Source: an uncultured Methanosarcinales archaeon
Lineage (GTDB): Archaea; Nanobdellota; Nanobdellia; Woesearchaeales; GCA-2686295
Assembly: GCA_964402995.1 (NCBI GenBank)
Contig: CAYOEA010000009.1
Coordinates: forward strand, 4,974 to 68,973
Reading direction: 5' to 3'
Length of the DNA stretch: 64,000 bases
The notes below the pieces were generated by a model. The model was not told the DNA's origin. It saw only the letters and a program-made list of their open reading frames with translations, and did not search any database. Made by a program: the position numbers and the translations under genes. Below, one piece after another: positions 9,738-19,304 of the stretch; positions within the stretch are counted from its first letter, which is position 1, and every line of letters starts with the position of its first letter.

Positions 9738-11046
9738 CTTGATAATTCGCCTTTAAATTTTTATAATCTTTCCTAGCTAAAGAAAACAATTCAAAACTTT
9801 TTTGCATATCAGATTTTTCAGGAAGAATATCCTCAACCATTTTCTGCACTAAAGAACCCATAATTTCTTTATATTGACTAGAAATAGAAGATAATACTTC
9901 ATTATCTTCAGAAGATTTCAAAATATTATTCACCCCAACGTCTGCTTGATGATATCTTGAAAGAATTTTATTAACATATTCAAAACGTTTAACGTCTGCA
10001 ATCTGTTCAACAATACCTGAAGAAAACTTTTTAGAAGAAACTGCATCTTCAATTAAATTTTTCTTGGACATTGCATTTTCATAATCATTAAACATTTGCA
10101 TAATATTTCTAAGAACTCTACCTGATTGATAAGCTAAATTTAAAGATTGTTTTTCATCATCAGTTTTTGCAGTAGATAAATATAAATCCTTTTTCTTTAT
10201 TTCAATTTCTCTAAAAACTTTCAGGTTTTCAGGTTTATTTAATTGCATCCAAAAATCATCAGACCCAATCATATAAGGTGTGTCTAAAAGCATATAATCA
10301 TCAACAAAGCCAAGCTTTAAACTATTCAAATCAATTCTAGTATCACCTATAAAATTTTCAGCATAAGAATCCAAAGTCCATTTTGTTAAATGCGAACCAT
10401 GTTTTTTTGCAGTGGATTCAAACAGTCCAATTAAGTAAACAAAGTCGGAAGGAAGTTCAAATTCAATTCCGGATGAATTTGCTTTTGAAACTAGTTTTGA
10501 GGATAAAGGAAAATCATTTTCTAAAACAGAAGGAACACTCCCACTAAGATAAGAAGTTCCGCCATCAATTAAGAAATCTTCTTCTTGCGTAGTTAAAGCA
10601 GTTGCAATGATAGAAGGTAATTTTGCGCTTATTTTATTTGACATACTAAGTCCATGTTTAATTTTGTCAACTACACCATCAATAGTTTGATTAGATGAAT
10701 ACATTAATTCCTCACCCAAAGTTAAACCATCAACAAAACTTTGTTTATTTGAAGTTGGAGATGTTTCTTCAATATCTACAAACTCAACACCCAAATCAGA
10801 ATTCTCAGATAATTCTTTTAATGCTTTAGTTAATTTTACTTCAATCCCATTCACCATTTCTGATCGATTATCTTTAGAAAAACTTCCAGATTCTATTTCA
10901 TAATTATAAGACCCATCTAATCCATGCACTGAAAATAAAGTAGGATTCTTAGTCTTAACCATTCTATAAACTAGGTCAAGATGAGTATTCTTTGCCCCTT
11001 TAAATTCAGGCGTTACTCGCGTTTCATATCTTAAGTCGTTCCACAT
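9718..11046 (-). CDS. Hypothetical protein
   Basis: 442-aa open frame, convergent with and overlapping the PhoU-like gene by 20 bp; no motif recognised. Confidence 0.55.
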   Translation of the reverse strand: MWNDLRYETRVTPEFKGAKNTHLDLVYRMVKTKNPTLFSVHGLDGSYNYEIESGSFSKDNRSEMVNGIEVKLTKALKELSENSDLGVEFVDIEETSPTSNKQSFVDGLTLGEELMYSSNQTIDGVVDKIKHGLSMSNKISAKLPSIIATALTTQEEDFLIDGGTSYLSGSVPSVLENDFPLSSKLVSKANSSGIEFELPSDFVYLIGLFESTAKKHGSHLTKWTLDSYAENFIGDTRIDLNSLKLGFVDDYMLLDTPYMIGSDDFWMQLNKPENLKVFREIEIKKKDLYLSTAKTDDEKQSLNLAYQSGRVLRNIMQMFNDYENAMSKKNLIEDAVSSKKFSSGIVEQIADVKRFEYVNKILSRYHQADVGVNNILKSSEDNEVLSSISSQYKEIMGSLVQKMVEDILPEKSDMQKSFELFSLARKDYKNLKANYQVMCSTE

Positions 11047-11154
11047 CTAATAGAATATTGATTTTATAATATATAAATGTTTCGAAAAGTTACAACTTAT
11101 CAGTGATAACATTAAGAATTCAACTTAAAAAAACAAAAAAACAAAAAAAATAAT

Positions 11155-12567
11155 TTAGTAACGATAATGATCCGACTTAAATGGACCGTTTTTAGGAACA
11201 CCTAAATATTCAGACTGGTCGTCGGATAACTCAGTCAATCTCACACCAAGCTGAGCCAAATGTAATCTTGCAACTTCCTCATCAAGTTCTTTAGGAAGCA
11301 TATAAACACCAAGTTCATAATCTTTTTGCCAAAGTTCAATTTGAGCTAATACTTGATTTGTAAATGAATTACTCATTACAAAACTTGGATGTCCTGTTGC
11401 ATTTCCTAAATTAACTAATCGTCCTCGAGAAAGTAAGATTATTCCATGTCCATCAGGGAAAATAAACCTATCAACTTGAGGTTTAATATTTTCTTCCACG
11501 ATGCCTGGAAAATTCTCTAATTGTTCAACTTGAATCTCATTATCAAAATGTCCAATATTACATACAATTGCGCCATCTTTCATTTTTTCCATGTGATCAA
11601 TTTTAAGAATATCTTTATTACCAGTTGTAGTTACAAAAATATCAACATCAGATACAACATCTTCAGTTCTAAGCACCTCAAATCCTTCCATTGCAGCTTG
11701 TAAAGCGCAGATTGGGTCGATTTCAGTTACAATTACTCGCGCACCATAAGATTTCATACTACTTGCGCAACCTTTTCCAACATCACCATAACCACAAACT
11801 AAAACTTTTTTACCTGCAATCATAACATCAGTTCCACGTTTAATTCCATCTGCAAGACTCTCACGACACCCATACAAATTATCGAATTTTGATTTTGTTA
11901 CAGAATCATTCACATTAATTGCTGGAAATAATAATTCGCCTTTTTCCATCATTTGATATAATCTATGAACTCCAGTTGTTGTTTCTTCACTTACACCTTT
12001 CATATCTTTTGCAACATTTGTCCAACAATCATTTTTCTTTTCAAATACACGTTTTATTGCATTCATTAATTCCCTATAATCTTCAGCTTCAGAGCTATAA
12101 TCAACATCAAGTAAACTTGGATCTTTTTCTACTTCGACTCCCTTGTGAATCATCATAGTTGCATCTCCACCGTCATCAACAATTAAGTTCGGACCTTTCC
12201 AATCACCAAAATCAAGTGCTTTCATAGTACACCACCAGTACTCAGATAAAGTTTCCCCTTTCCAAGCAAAAACAGGAACACCACTTTCAGCAATTGCAGC
12301 TGCTGCGTGATCTTGTGTTGAGTAAATATTACAACTACACCATCGAACATCCGCACCAAGTTTCACTAACGTTTTAATTAATACTGCAGTTTGAATTGTC
12401 ATATGAAGCGAACCAGTAATTCTAACATCTTTCAAAGGTTTTGTTTCACCAAACTTTTTCTGAAGTGCCATTAAACCCGGCATCTCTTTTTCTGCTATTG
12501 CAATTTCTTTTCTACCATAATCAGCCAACTTGATGTCAGCAATTTTGTAATTTGAAGTTTCATCCAT
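11155..12567 (-). CDS. ahcY: Adenosylhomocysteinase (SAH hydrolase), long bacterial/eukaryote-like form
   Basis: [53 protein letters not shown]. Confidence 0.98.
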   Translation of the reverse strand: MDETSNYKIADIKLADYGRKEIAIAEKEMPGLMALQKKFGETKPLKDVRITGSLHMTIQTAVLIKTLVKLGADVRWCSCNIYSTQDHAAAAIAESGVPVFAWKGETLSEYWWCTMKALDFGDWKGPNLIVDDGGDATMMIHKGVEVEKDPSLLDVDYSSEAEDYRELMNAIKRVFEKKNDCWTNVAKDMKGVSEETTTGVHRLYQMMEKGELLFPAINVNDSVTKSKFDNLYGCRESLADGIKRGTDVMIAGKKVLVCGYGDVGKGCASSMKSYGARVIVTEIDPICALQAAMEGFEVLRTEDVVSDVDIFVTTTGNKDILKIDHMEKMKDGAIVCNIGHFDNEIQVEQLENFPGIVEENIKPQVDRFIFPDGHGIILLSRGRLVNLGNATGHPSFVMSNSFTNQVLAQIELWQKDYELGVYMLPKELDEEVARLHLAQLGVRLTELSDDQSEYLGVPKNGPFKSDHYRY

Positions 12568-12650
12568 TTATTTCACCATGTGTAATTTTTATGTATACCA
12601 AAGAAATTATGTTTTTGAATATACACTTATAATCACCTTCAATAAGCAAA

Positions 12651-12722
12651 TTGTGGACTATTTATATATTTTTACCAGTAAAAACTATAATTTGTCCATA
12701 AAAATTATGAATAGTTGGACAA
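12651..12722. promoter_or_regulatory. Candidate operator repeats in the ahcY/Lrp divergent promoter
   Basis: TTTGTCCA (12691-12698) and TGGACAAA (12715-12722) form an inverted repeat; a third TGGAC half-site at 12654-12658. Confidence 0.35.
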
Positions 12723-12853
12723 AAAGCAAAAACTTTAAATAAAAATTAGACAATAATGATTATATCGTGATTATTGACTCTCTGTAACTATTTTTGAATC
12801 CCCAAAAATTCAAATGCGATTCTTGCGGGGAGTCAATCATCCAACAACAAAAA

Positions 12854-13270
12854 ATGGATCCAAAAGCAATCAAAATAATCGAGGCTCTTAAAAAAAACAG
12901 TAGAGCAAGTGTACGTGACATAGCAAAAGCTACAAACGTAAGACCAAGCACTGTTCATCAAAAAATTTCTAAATTAAAAGAAACTGGTGTTATTGAAAAA
13001 TTCACAGTGAAACTAGATAATAAACTTGCAGAACAAAACTTTATAGTTTTCATGTTTGTATCAACAGAACAAGACTTACCACAAAATACATTCAAAGATC
13101 CTAGAATAAAAGAAGTCTTTGGAATCACAGGAGAATACGATTTAGTTTTCAAATTAAAATTTAAAGATGTTGATGATTTTAACAATTTCATTCTGGATTT
13201 TAGAAAAAAAACAGGAATAAAAAAAACAATAACAATGGTTGCAACTACAACAATAAAAGAAGAAATCTAA
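12854..13270 (+). CDS. Lrp/AsnC family transcriptional regulator
   Basis: HTH (LKKNSRASVRDIAK...STVHQKISKLKETGVI) and RAM domain (ITGEYDL); ATG at 12854 preferred over the track's TTG at 12794. Confidence 0.92.
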   Translation: MDPKAIKIIEALKKNSRASVRDIAKATNVRPSTVHQKISKLKETGVIEKFTVKLDNKLAEQNFIVFMFVSTEQDLPQNTFKDPRIKEVFGITGEYDLVFKLKFKDVDDFNNFILDFRKKTGIKKTITMVATTTIKEEI

Positions 13271-13330
13271 AAGTAAAATTACAAATTTAATTCAAAAAAT
13301 TCTAAATATTAATTAAAAATTTGAAAGAAA

Positions 13331-13405
13331 TAGCGAGGAGTGGATTTGAACCACCGACCTCCGGGTTATGAGCCCGACGGGCACTCCTGACTGCCCTACC
13401 CCGCT
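13331..13405 (-). tRNA. tRNA-Met(CAT), initiator
   Basis: AGCGGGG/CCTCGCT acceptor stem with A1:U72; three consecutive G-C pairs in the anticodon stem; CT-CAT-AA loop; TTCAAAT T-loop. Confidence 0.97.
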
Positions 13406-13515
13406 GTATTTGAGTATTTTAAAGGAAGAATAGACCATTTATAAAACTATCTACTCTTGTAGTCTATAAAACATAAAATAAAATATAAGAAAAAAAGATA
13501 AAAAAAAGTAAATTA

Positions 13516-15384
13516 TTATTCAGAATGAATTGTTCTTTTTAATTCTATAAACTCTTTATACTTTACTGCTTCTAAAATTAATTTTCCAACTTTATTTTTC
13601 TTTGCAATTTTTATTATTGCTTTTCTTGAAGATCTTGCAGTCAAAGTATATTCACCTTCTACATACACATCAACATCATCTTCTGCGTATTCTGTTGGAA
13701 GCATAAATACCACATTAGTATTGTGTATTTTCGATGTAAAGTTTATAGATTCTGCAATTGTGGATTTATTACTTGGCTCCACACCAGTTGATTCTTCATA
13801 GTCTCTTATATCAATACTCATTCGAAGTTTCTTTTCGAGTTTCTCAATATTAGATCCGCCTTTTCCAATGATTGCAGCTCTATCTTTATCAAGTACATAA
13901 ACTATACACTTATTATTTGAAACAACATCAACTTTTACTTTATCCGTATGTTTTTTGAATTCTCGAACAATAGCATCTTCTGCTAAACTATGAGCAGGTG
14001 CTTTTGCCCCATCACCAGATACGGGTATTACAACTGTTTGTTCTCCGAAAGTGTAAATTTCATATTCAAGTTTTCCTGTTAAAAAATCATTTATGACAAC
14101 AACAGGTCTTGCTAAATCTTGTTCTATCATTCCTGAGGGAACTTTAACTTCCATTGATAATGAAAAAACATTTCCTATTCCACCATCTTTTATGAAGATT
14201 ACTGTATCAACAATATGAGGTATTACTCCAAGTTCAATTCGTCCAATAAATCTTTGTATTGCATCAATAGCTTTTGTTGCGTGCATTACTCCAATCATTC
14301 CAACTCCAGATAATCTCATATCAGAGAATAATCTAAAATCTTCTGTATTTCTCATCTCATCAAAAATTGTATAATCAGGTCTTGACAATAATAAGATATC
14401 ATGTATTTCTTGACTTGATCCATGACTTAAAGAATACTGAGTTACATCAGGCGGTAAAATTAAATCTCTTGGCGCTTCAACAGTTTTTACAACTTTATTT
14501 TGCTCTACATAAGATTCTGCAAGTGCTTGTGCAAATGTTGTTTTACCATTTCCTGGCGCGCCCGCAATTAAGATTCCTTCTGCTTGTCCTCCAACTCTAA
14601 GTTTTAATTTATCAGATAAAGAATATTCTTCTATTGTTAATCTTTTTACAGGTCTTACTGCAGTTATTTCATACCCATCTGCAAATGGTGGTCTAGTAAT
14701 TACAATTCTATAATTTACTAATTGAATTATTGTAGACCCTTTTCTGTCAATTTCAATAAATCCATCACTTCTTGAAGCACATTCTTCAGTTATTTTTTTT
14801 GCAATTTGAGATACGTCCATTCCGGTTAATGGTGCGTCTCCAATTTCTTCATAAGTCCAAGCTCCAGGTTTCCCTTTCTTTGCTTTTGCAACACATCCAT
14901 CTTTTAGATGTACACTCATCGTTGTTTCATCAAAATATTGTGCTAAAACTAATTCTTCGTCAGATTCAGTTTTTCTAAAATCGTAAAATATTACCTCGAC
15001 TCCTTTTGATTCTGCAACTAATGCTTGCACTCTATCTGCAGTAATTAATGTTCCTAATTCGTCAATTGCAAGTCTTCTGATTATAGAATCAATTTCTCCG
15101 GCTTTCGCACGTCTAATTTCAAAATCTCCAGGTCTATTGCCTTTAAACTCAACAGCAAACTTGTATTTCTTTGACATTTCTCGAAGTTTTTTTACTTCTT
15201 CTAATCCTAAAAGCCCTGTTTCTCGACCTCTATTAGCTTGCGCTTCTAATTCAGCCATTACAGCCTCGTGAAATATGATAATTTTTGGCTTTAGCTCCTT
15301 TGCTACTATCTGTTTTGAAATTATTCCTTCAATAACAACACTTGTGTCCGGTACTAACTTATCGACAGTTTTCATAGATTTCAA
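13516..15384 (-). CDS. PINc/VapC-family ATPase (PINA-type: PIN + P-loop ATPase + KH)
   Basis: PIN motif VPDTSVVIEG, Walker A GAPGNGKTT, Walker B IFDEMR, KH motif AIIGKGGSNI. Confidence 0.9.
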   Translation of the reverse strand: MKSMKTVDKLVPDTSVVIEGIISKQIVAKELKPKIIIFHEAVMAELEAQANRGRETGLLGLEEVKKLREMSKKYKFAVEFKGNRPGDFEIRRAKAGEIDSIIRRLAIDELGTLITADRVQALVAESKGVEVIFYDFRKTESDEELVLAQYFDETTMSVHLKDGCVAKAKKGKPGAWTYEEIGDAPLTGMDVSQIAKKITEECASRSDGFIEIDRKGSTIIQLVNYRIVITRPPFADGYEITAVRPVKRLTIEEYSLSDKLKLRVGGQAEGILIAGAPGNGKTTFAQALAESYVEQNKVVKTVEAPRDLILPPDVTQYSLSHGSSQEIHDILLLSRPDYTIFDEMRNTEDFRLFSDMRLSGVGMIGVMHATKAIDAIQRFIGRIELGVIPHIVDTVIFIKDGGIGNVFSLSMEVKVPSGMIEQDLARPVVVINDFLTGKLEYEIYTFGEQTVVIPVSGDGAKAPAHSLAEDAIVREFKKHTDKVKVDVVSNNKCIVYVLDKDRAAIIGKGGSNIEKLEKKLRMSIDIRDYEESTGVEPSNKSTIAESINFTSKIHNTNVVFMLPTEYAEDDVDVYVEGEYTLTARSSRKAIIKIAKKNKVGKLILEAVKYKEFIELKRTIHSE

Positions 15385-15508
15385 ATTAATTCATGCGTTT
15401 TTAAATATTGCTAATTAAACGATAAAATAGAATAAAAAACAAAACCATTAAAAACGCAGGATTTTTTCCAACGCTGTTACAAACCTATGCTTGTAATATA
15501 CTCAACAT

Positions 15509-15525
15509 CTATGCCGCGGTCGCAT
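15509..15525 (+). repeat. Upstream duplicate of the tRNA-Ser 5' end
   Basis: CTATGCCGCGGTCGCAT identical to 15579-15595. Confidence 0.85.
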
Positions 15526-15582
15526 TAGTCAAAAATTAACTAATAATTTTTGGAAATTCGACCGAGACAAAGAAAAAACTAT

Positions 15583-15705
15583 GCCGCGGTCGCATAGCCT
15601 GGTATTGCGCAGGATTGCTATGTACAATTGTACGTATGAAAACCTACAATATCTCGCAGAGATCCTGTTCCTTTGGAATCATGGGTTCAAATCCCATTCG
15701 CGGCG
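15583..15705 (+). tRNA. tRNA-Ser(GCT) with a 41-nt intron at 37/38 (15621-15661)
   Basis: GCCGCGG/TCGCGGC acceptor stem, G73, CAGGA/TCCTG anticodon stem, long variable arm; BHB central helix TTGC/GCAG with TA|T and AG|A bulges (outer helix relaxed). Confidence 0.94.
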
Positions 15706-15745
15706 CCTTTTTTATTTCTAAAAAAGTCTTCTTAAAGATTTGAAC

Positions 15746-15836
15746 GGGTTCAAACACTCAAAAACAAAGTTTTTGGTGTGACCAAAAATCCCAAATTTTT
15801 GTGCATCCCATTCGCGGCGCCTTTTTTATTTCTAAA
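15746..15836 (+). pseudogene. Duplicated tRNA-Ser 3' fragment interrupted in the T-loop by a 51-nt palindromic element
   Basis: GGGTTCAAA (15746-15754) + insert 15755-15805 + TCCCATTCGCGGCGCCTTTTTTATTTCTAAA; 15805-15836 is identical to 15691-15722. Confidence 0.75.
15755..15805. repeat. Double-hairpin palindromic element, copy A
   Basis: CACTC-AAAAAC/GTTTTT-GGTGTGACC-AAAAAT/ATTTTT-GTGCA. Confidence 0.75.
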
Positions 15837-15889
15837 CAAACAAACGACTAAAAGAAGTATTCGCAACCAACGAGCGAAATCGTTAATTA

Positions 15890-15913
15890 CATTCGCGACA
15901 CTTTTTTATTTCT
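15890..15913 (+). repeat. Third, degenerate copy of the tRNA-Ser 3' end
   Basis: CATTCGCGACACTTTTTTATTTCT versus CATTCGCGGCGCCTTTTTTATTTCT. Confidence 0.65.
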
Positions 15914-15951
15914 CCAAAACATTTTAAAACAATCCAACTATTTATTTTCTT

Positions 15952-16401
15952 ATGAATGTCAACATCAAACAAAGACCCGAATTCAAAGACTTAGGAATCC
16001 CTCAATACGAAACAGAAGGTTCTGCTGCTGTTGATTTAAGAGCTGCTATTGAAAACACTAAAACTCTTAATCCTGGCGAATCCATGCTTATTCCAACTGG
16101 TTTATTCATAGAAATTCCTAAAGGCTACATGCTTCACATCACTCCTAGAAGTGGTCTTGCATTAAAAAAATCAATTAGCATTGTTAATTCTCCCGGAATC
16201 ATTGATTCTGATTATCGAGGAGAAATTGGAATTATTCTAATCAATCATGGTGACGATGCATTTTCTATAAAAAGAGGAGACCGTATCGCACAAGCATCTT
16301 TTGTTGCTTTTGGAAAAGCAACTTTCAATAAAGTTGATGAACTATCTAACCTTAACACTCAAAGAGGAGAAGGTGGTTTTGGAAGTACAGGCACAAAATA
16401 A
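15952..16401 (+). CDS. dut: dUTP diphosphatase (trimeric)
   Basis: SAAVDL, PRSGLA, GIIDSDYRGE, RIAQ, RGEGGFGSTG. Confidence 0.98.
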   Translation: MNVNIKQRPEFKDLGIPQYETEGSAAVDLRAAIENTKTLNPGESMLIPTGLFIEIPKGYMLHITPRSGLALKKSISIVNSPGIIDSDYRGEIGIILINHGDDAFSIKRGDRIAQASFVAFGKATFNKVDELSNLNTQRGEGGFGSTGTK

Positions 16402-16455
16402 TTCTAAGCTAAATTATAGAAATTTATTTAAAAGCATTAAGTCATCATTATTGTT

Positions 16456-17184
16456 ATGGAGACTTCAAAGGCTATCAGAACCAGACGATCTGTTCGTAAA
16501 TTCACTCAACAACCTGTTGAGTTTGATAAACTTGCAAAGATCATAGAGGCTGGAACTTTTGCTCCTAGCGCAGGAAATATTCAAAACTGGCGTTTTATTC
16601 TTGTAACTGATAAACCTGTTCTTCGCGAACTTTATAATCACTGTATGAATCAAGAGGTCGTCTACAATGCTCAAGCAGCAATTATTGTTGTTGGAGTTAT
16701 AGATAAGGCTGAGCGTCTTTATGGTCTTAGAGGTAAAAGATTGTATACTGTTCAAAACTGCGCTTGCGCTGTTGAAAACATGCTTCTTACAGCCCATGAC
16801 CAAGGTCTTGGTGCTTGTTGGATTGGTGCATTTAATGAAGATAAACTTAGCGTAATTTTTAGTATTCCTGATAAAGCTCGCCCTCAAGCAATTATTGCTC
16901 TTGGTTATCCTGCTGAAAAACCAAATTTTGAAAGAAAGGATCTAGAATCAGTCACTTATTTTAACCAATATGGTATGAAAATTAAAAACTTCCATTTACT
17001 TATTCGTGATTATAGTGTCGAATGGGAGCGTCAAAGTGAGAAAATTGAAGTTGAAAGCGATAAAGGTGTCGGACTTCTCAGAAAGCATTTAATGAATCTT
17101 CATGAAAAATTAAAAAATCATCCTAAAACTAAATCTCTTTTCAAGCAAAGAGGAGCTAAAGAACTTAAAGTTGAAAAGAAATAA
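16456..17184 (+). CDS. Nitroreductase family protein
   Basis: RRSVRKF, APSAGNIQNW, AVENMLLTAHDQGLGACWIG. Confidence 0.93.
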   Translation: METSKAIRTRRSVRKFTQQPVEFDKLAKIIEAGTFAPSAGNIQNWRFILVTDKPVLRELYNHCMNQEVVYNAQAAIIVVGVIDKAERLYGLRGKRLYTVQNCACAVENMLLTAHDQGLGACWIGAFNEDKLSVIFSIPDKARPQAIIALGYPAEKPNFERKDLESVTYFNQYGMKIKNFHLLIRDYSVEWERQSEKIEVESDKGVGLLRKHLMNLHEKLKNHPKTKSLFKQRGAKELKVEKK

Positions 17185-17244
17185 TTCTTATTATTCGACT
17201 CCAGTCCAACAATCTTTTTAAAACAATTCAGTATCTTATTTAGA

Positions 17245-19119
17245 ATGGATTTTAATGAAATGCTTTTTCCTCATGATAAGGTTAGAGATGTTCAAGATAA
17301 ACTTATTATTCGAGTTAATGAAGCTGTGACTAGTGGAAAAAATTTAATTGTTCATGCACCAACTGGCCTTGGTAAAACAGCAGCATCTTTAGCACCTGTA
17401 TTAAAATACGCAATTGATAATGACAAAACTGTTTTCTTTTTAACTTCTCGGCACACTCAACACCAAATTGTCCTTGATACTTTAAGAGATATTAGAAATA
17501 AACACGATAAAGATATCCTTGGAGTTAGTATCATTGGTAAAAAAGGTCTTTGTCTGCAACCAGGAGTCTCAAAACTTTATACTTCAGAATTTAATGATTA
17601 TTGTAAAGCTATGAGAGAAGATAAAAAATGTGAGTACTTTGAAAAATTTAAGAAAGGAGAATCTTTGTCTGTTGAAAGTAAAGCAGCTCTTGAGCAATTA
17701 AAAAAAATAGGTCTTGTTGATACTAAAGAAACAATGTCTGTTAGTGAAATGTATGGTATTTGTCCTTATGAACTTGCTATGGCTACATCTAAAAAAGCAA
17801 AAGTTATTATTGGAGATTATTACTATGTTTTTCATCCTGATGTTTCAAAATTATTCTTTGCTAAGATTGATACTGCATTTGAAGATTCAATCATCATAGT
17901 TGATGAAGCACACAATCTGCCTTCTAGATTAAAAGATTTATTTACTGTCAGACTTACAAACATTATGCTTAAAAGAGCTCTTACTGAAGCTAAAAAATAC
18001 AAGTATGATTCTATTCAACCAATATTAAAAGACATGGTGGATATCATTTCTGAACTTGCAGATTTTAGAGATCAAGAGCAATATATTAAGAAAGAAACTT
18101 TCATGGATAGAATTAATCTTATCACTGATTATCATCAACTTATGAATGATTTATCTTTTATTGGCGATGCTGTCAGAGAGGAACAAAAACAATCTTACAT
18201 AGGTTCAGTTGCTAGTTTTCTTGAAGCTTGGCTTGGTAGAGATGCGGGCTTTACTAGAATTATTTCTAAACAAGATGGTTCTCAAGAAAGAATTATAATG
18301 CTTAGTTATCGTTGTCTTGATCCTAGTCTTTCAACAAAAGATGTTATTAGAAATGCTCACAGTACAATCTTAATGTCTGGAACGCTATCACCTACAAGCA
18401 TGTATCGTGAACTTTTAGGTTTTAATGAATCCAATACTATTGAAGATACTTTTCCAAGTCCATTCCCTGAAGAAAATAGATTAAATATTATTCTTCCTAA
18501 AACATCCACTAAATATGAACTTAGAAATGCAGCACAATATAAGGAAATTGGTAAAATTTTATCTCAAATAGCAAATAAAGTTCCTGGAAATACTGCGATT
18601 TTCTTCCCTAGTTATTATCTAAGAGATCTTATTGCAAATGAATTTAACGAGCTATGTACAAAAACAACATTCACAGAGCTTCCCAATATGACCAAAGATG
18701 ATAAAACAGAACTTATAACTAAATTTAAAGAATACAGTAAAACAGGTGCTGTTCTTTTAGGTGCAGTTTCTGGAAGTTTTGGAGAAGGTATTGATTTACC
18801 TGGCGATCTTCTTAAATGCGTTGTTATTGTTGGCCTTCCTTTGTCCAAACCAGATCTTGAACAAAAGGCACTTATTGATTATTACGATAAACTTTTCAAA
18901 AAAGGTTGGGATTATGGTTATTTATTTCCGGCTTTCAATAAAACTCTTCAATCTGCAGGTCGTTGCATTCGTAGCGAAAATGATAAAGGAGTAATTGTTT
19001 TTCTTGATGAACGTTATACATGGTCAAATTATCGTAAATGTTTCCCTAATACTTGGAACATGAGAACTACTATGTTATATGAACGTATGATTGATGAATT
19101 TTTTATTAAAAATAAATAA
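17245..19119 (+). CDS. xpd: XPD/Rad3-family Fe-S DNA helicase
   Basis: APTGLGKT, four Fe-S cysteines (CLQ...YCK...CEY...CPY), VDEAHN, SGTL, GSFGEGID, QSAGRCIR. Confidence 0.93.
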   Translation: MDFNEMLFPHDKVRDVQDKLIIRVNEAVTSGKNLIVHAPTGLGKTAASLAPVLKYAIDNDKTVFFLTSRHTQHQIVLDTLRDIRNKHDKDILGVSIIGKKGLCLQPGVSKLYTSEFNDYCKAMREDKKCEYFEKFKKGESLSVESKAALEQLKKIGLVDTKETMSVSEMYGICPYELAMATSKKAKVIIGDYYYVFHPDVSKLFFAKIDTAFEDSIIIVDEAHNLPSRLKDLFTVRLTNIMLKRALTEAKKYKYDSIQPILKDMVDIISELADFRDQEQYIKKETFMDRINLITDYHQLMNDLSFIGDAVREEQKQSYIGSVASFLEAWLGRDAGFTRIISKQDGSQERIIMLSYRCLDPSLSTKDVIRNAHSTILMSGTLSPTSMYRELLGFNESNTIEDTFPSPFPEENRLNIILPKTSTKYELRNAAQYKEIGKILSQIANKVPGNTAIFFPSYYLRDLIANEFNELCTKTTFTELPNMTKDDKTELITKFKEYSKTGAVLLGAVSGSFGEGIDLPGDLLKCVVIVGLPLSKPDLEQKALIDYYDKLFKKGWDYGYLFPAFNKTLQSAGRCIRSENDKGVIVFLDERYTWSNYRKCFPNTWNMRTTMLYERMIDEFFIKNK

Positions 19120-19208
19120 ACTTATTATTATTTGAATAAAAATACGATTACAAAATATTTTCTTTGTTATTAATTATTTTCTTAAAAAACTAAAAATAGA
19201 CTAAACTA

Positions 19209-19226
19209 GTATACTAATTAGTATAC
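19209..19226. promoter_or_regulatory. Perfect 18-bp palindrome, candidate operator
   Basis: GTATACTAATTAGTATAC upstream of ORF 19305. Confidence 0.45.
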
Positions 19227-19304
19227 GAAACGAAATATTTATATACTAGTACCCCCATTAAAGATATAAATTAGTTGAAAAACACTAAGCAAAGGTAAAA
19301 AAAA

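Noticed and set aside
12794-12853. N-terminal CxxC extension (FKCDSCGES) on the Lrp protein
   Set aside because: Only one CxxC, TTG start without a clear SD, and the GC-rich bases are explained by an RNA stem; ATG 12854 gives a canonical Lrp start.
15691-15913. Intact integrated element at tRNA-Ser
   Set aside because: The duplicated 3' ends are only about 25-55 bp apart with no integrase or cargo; at most a scar.
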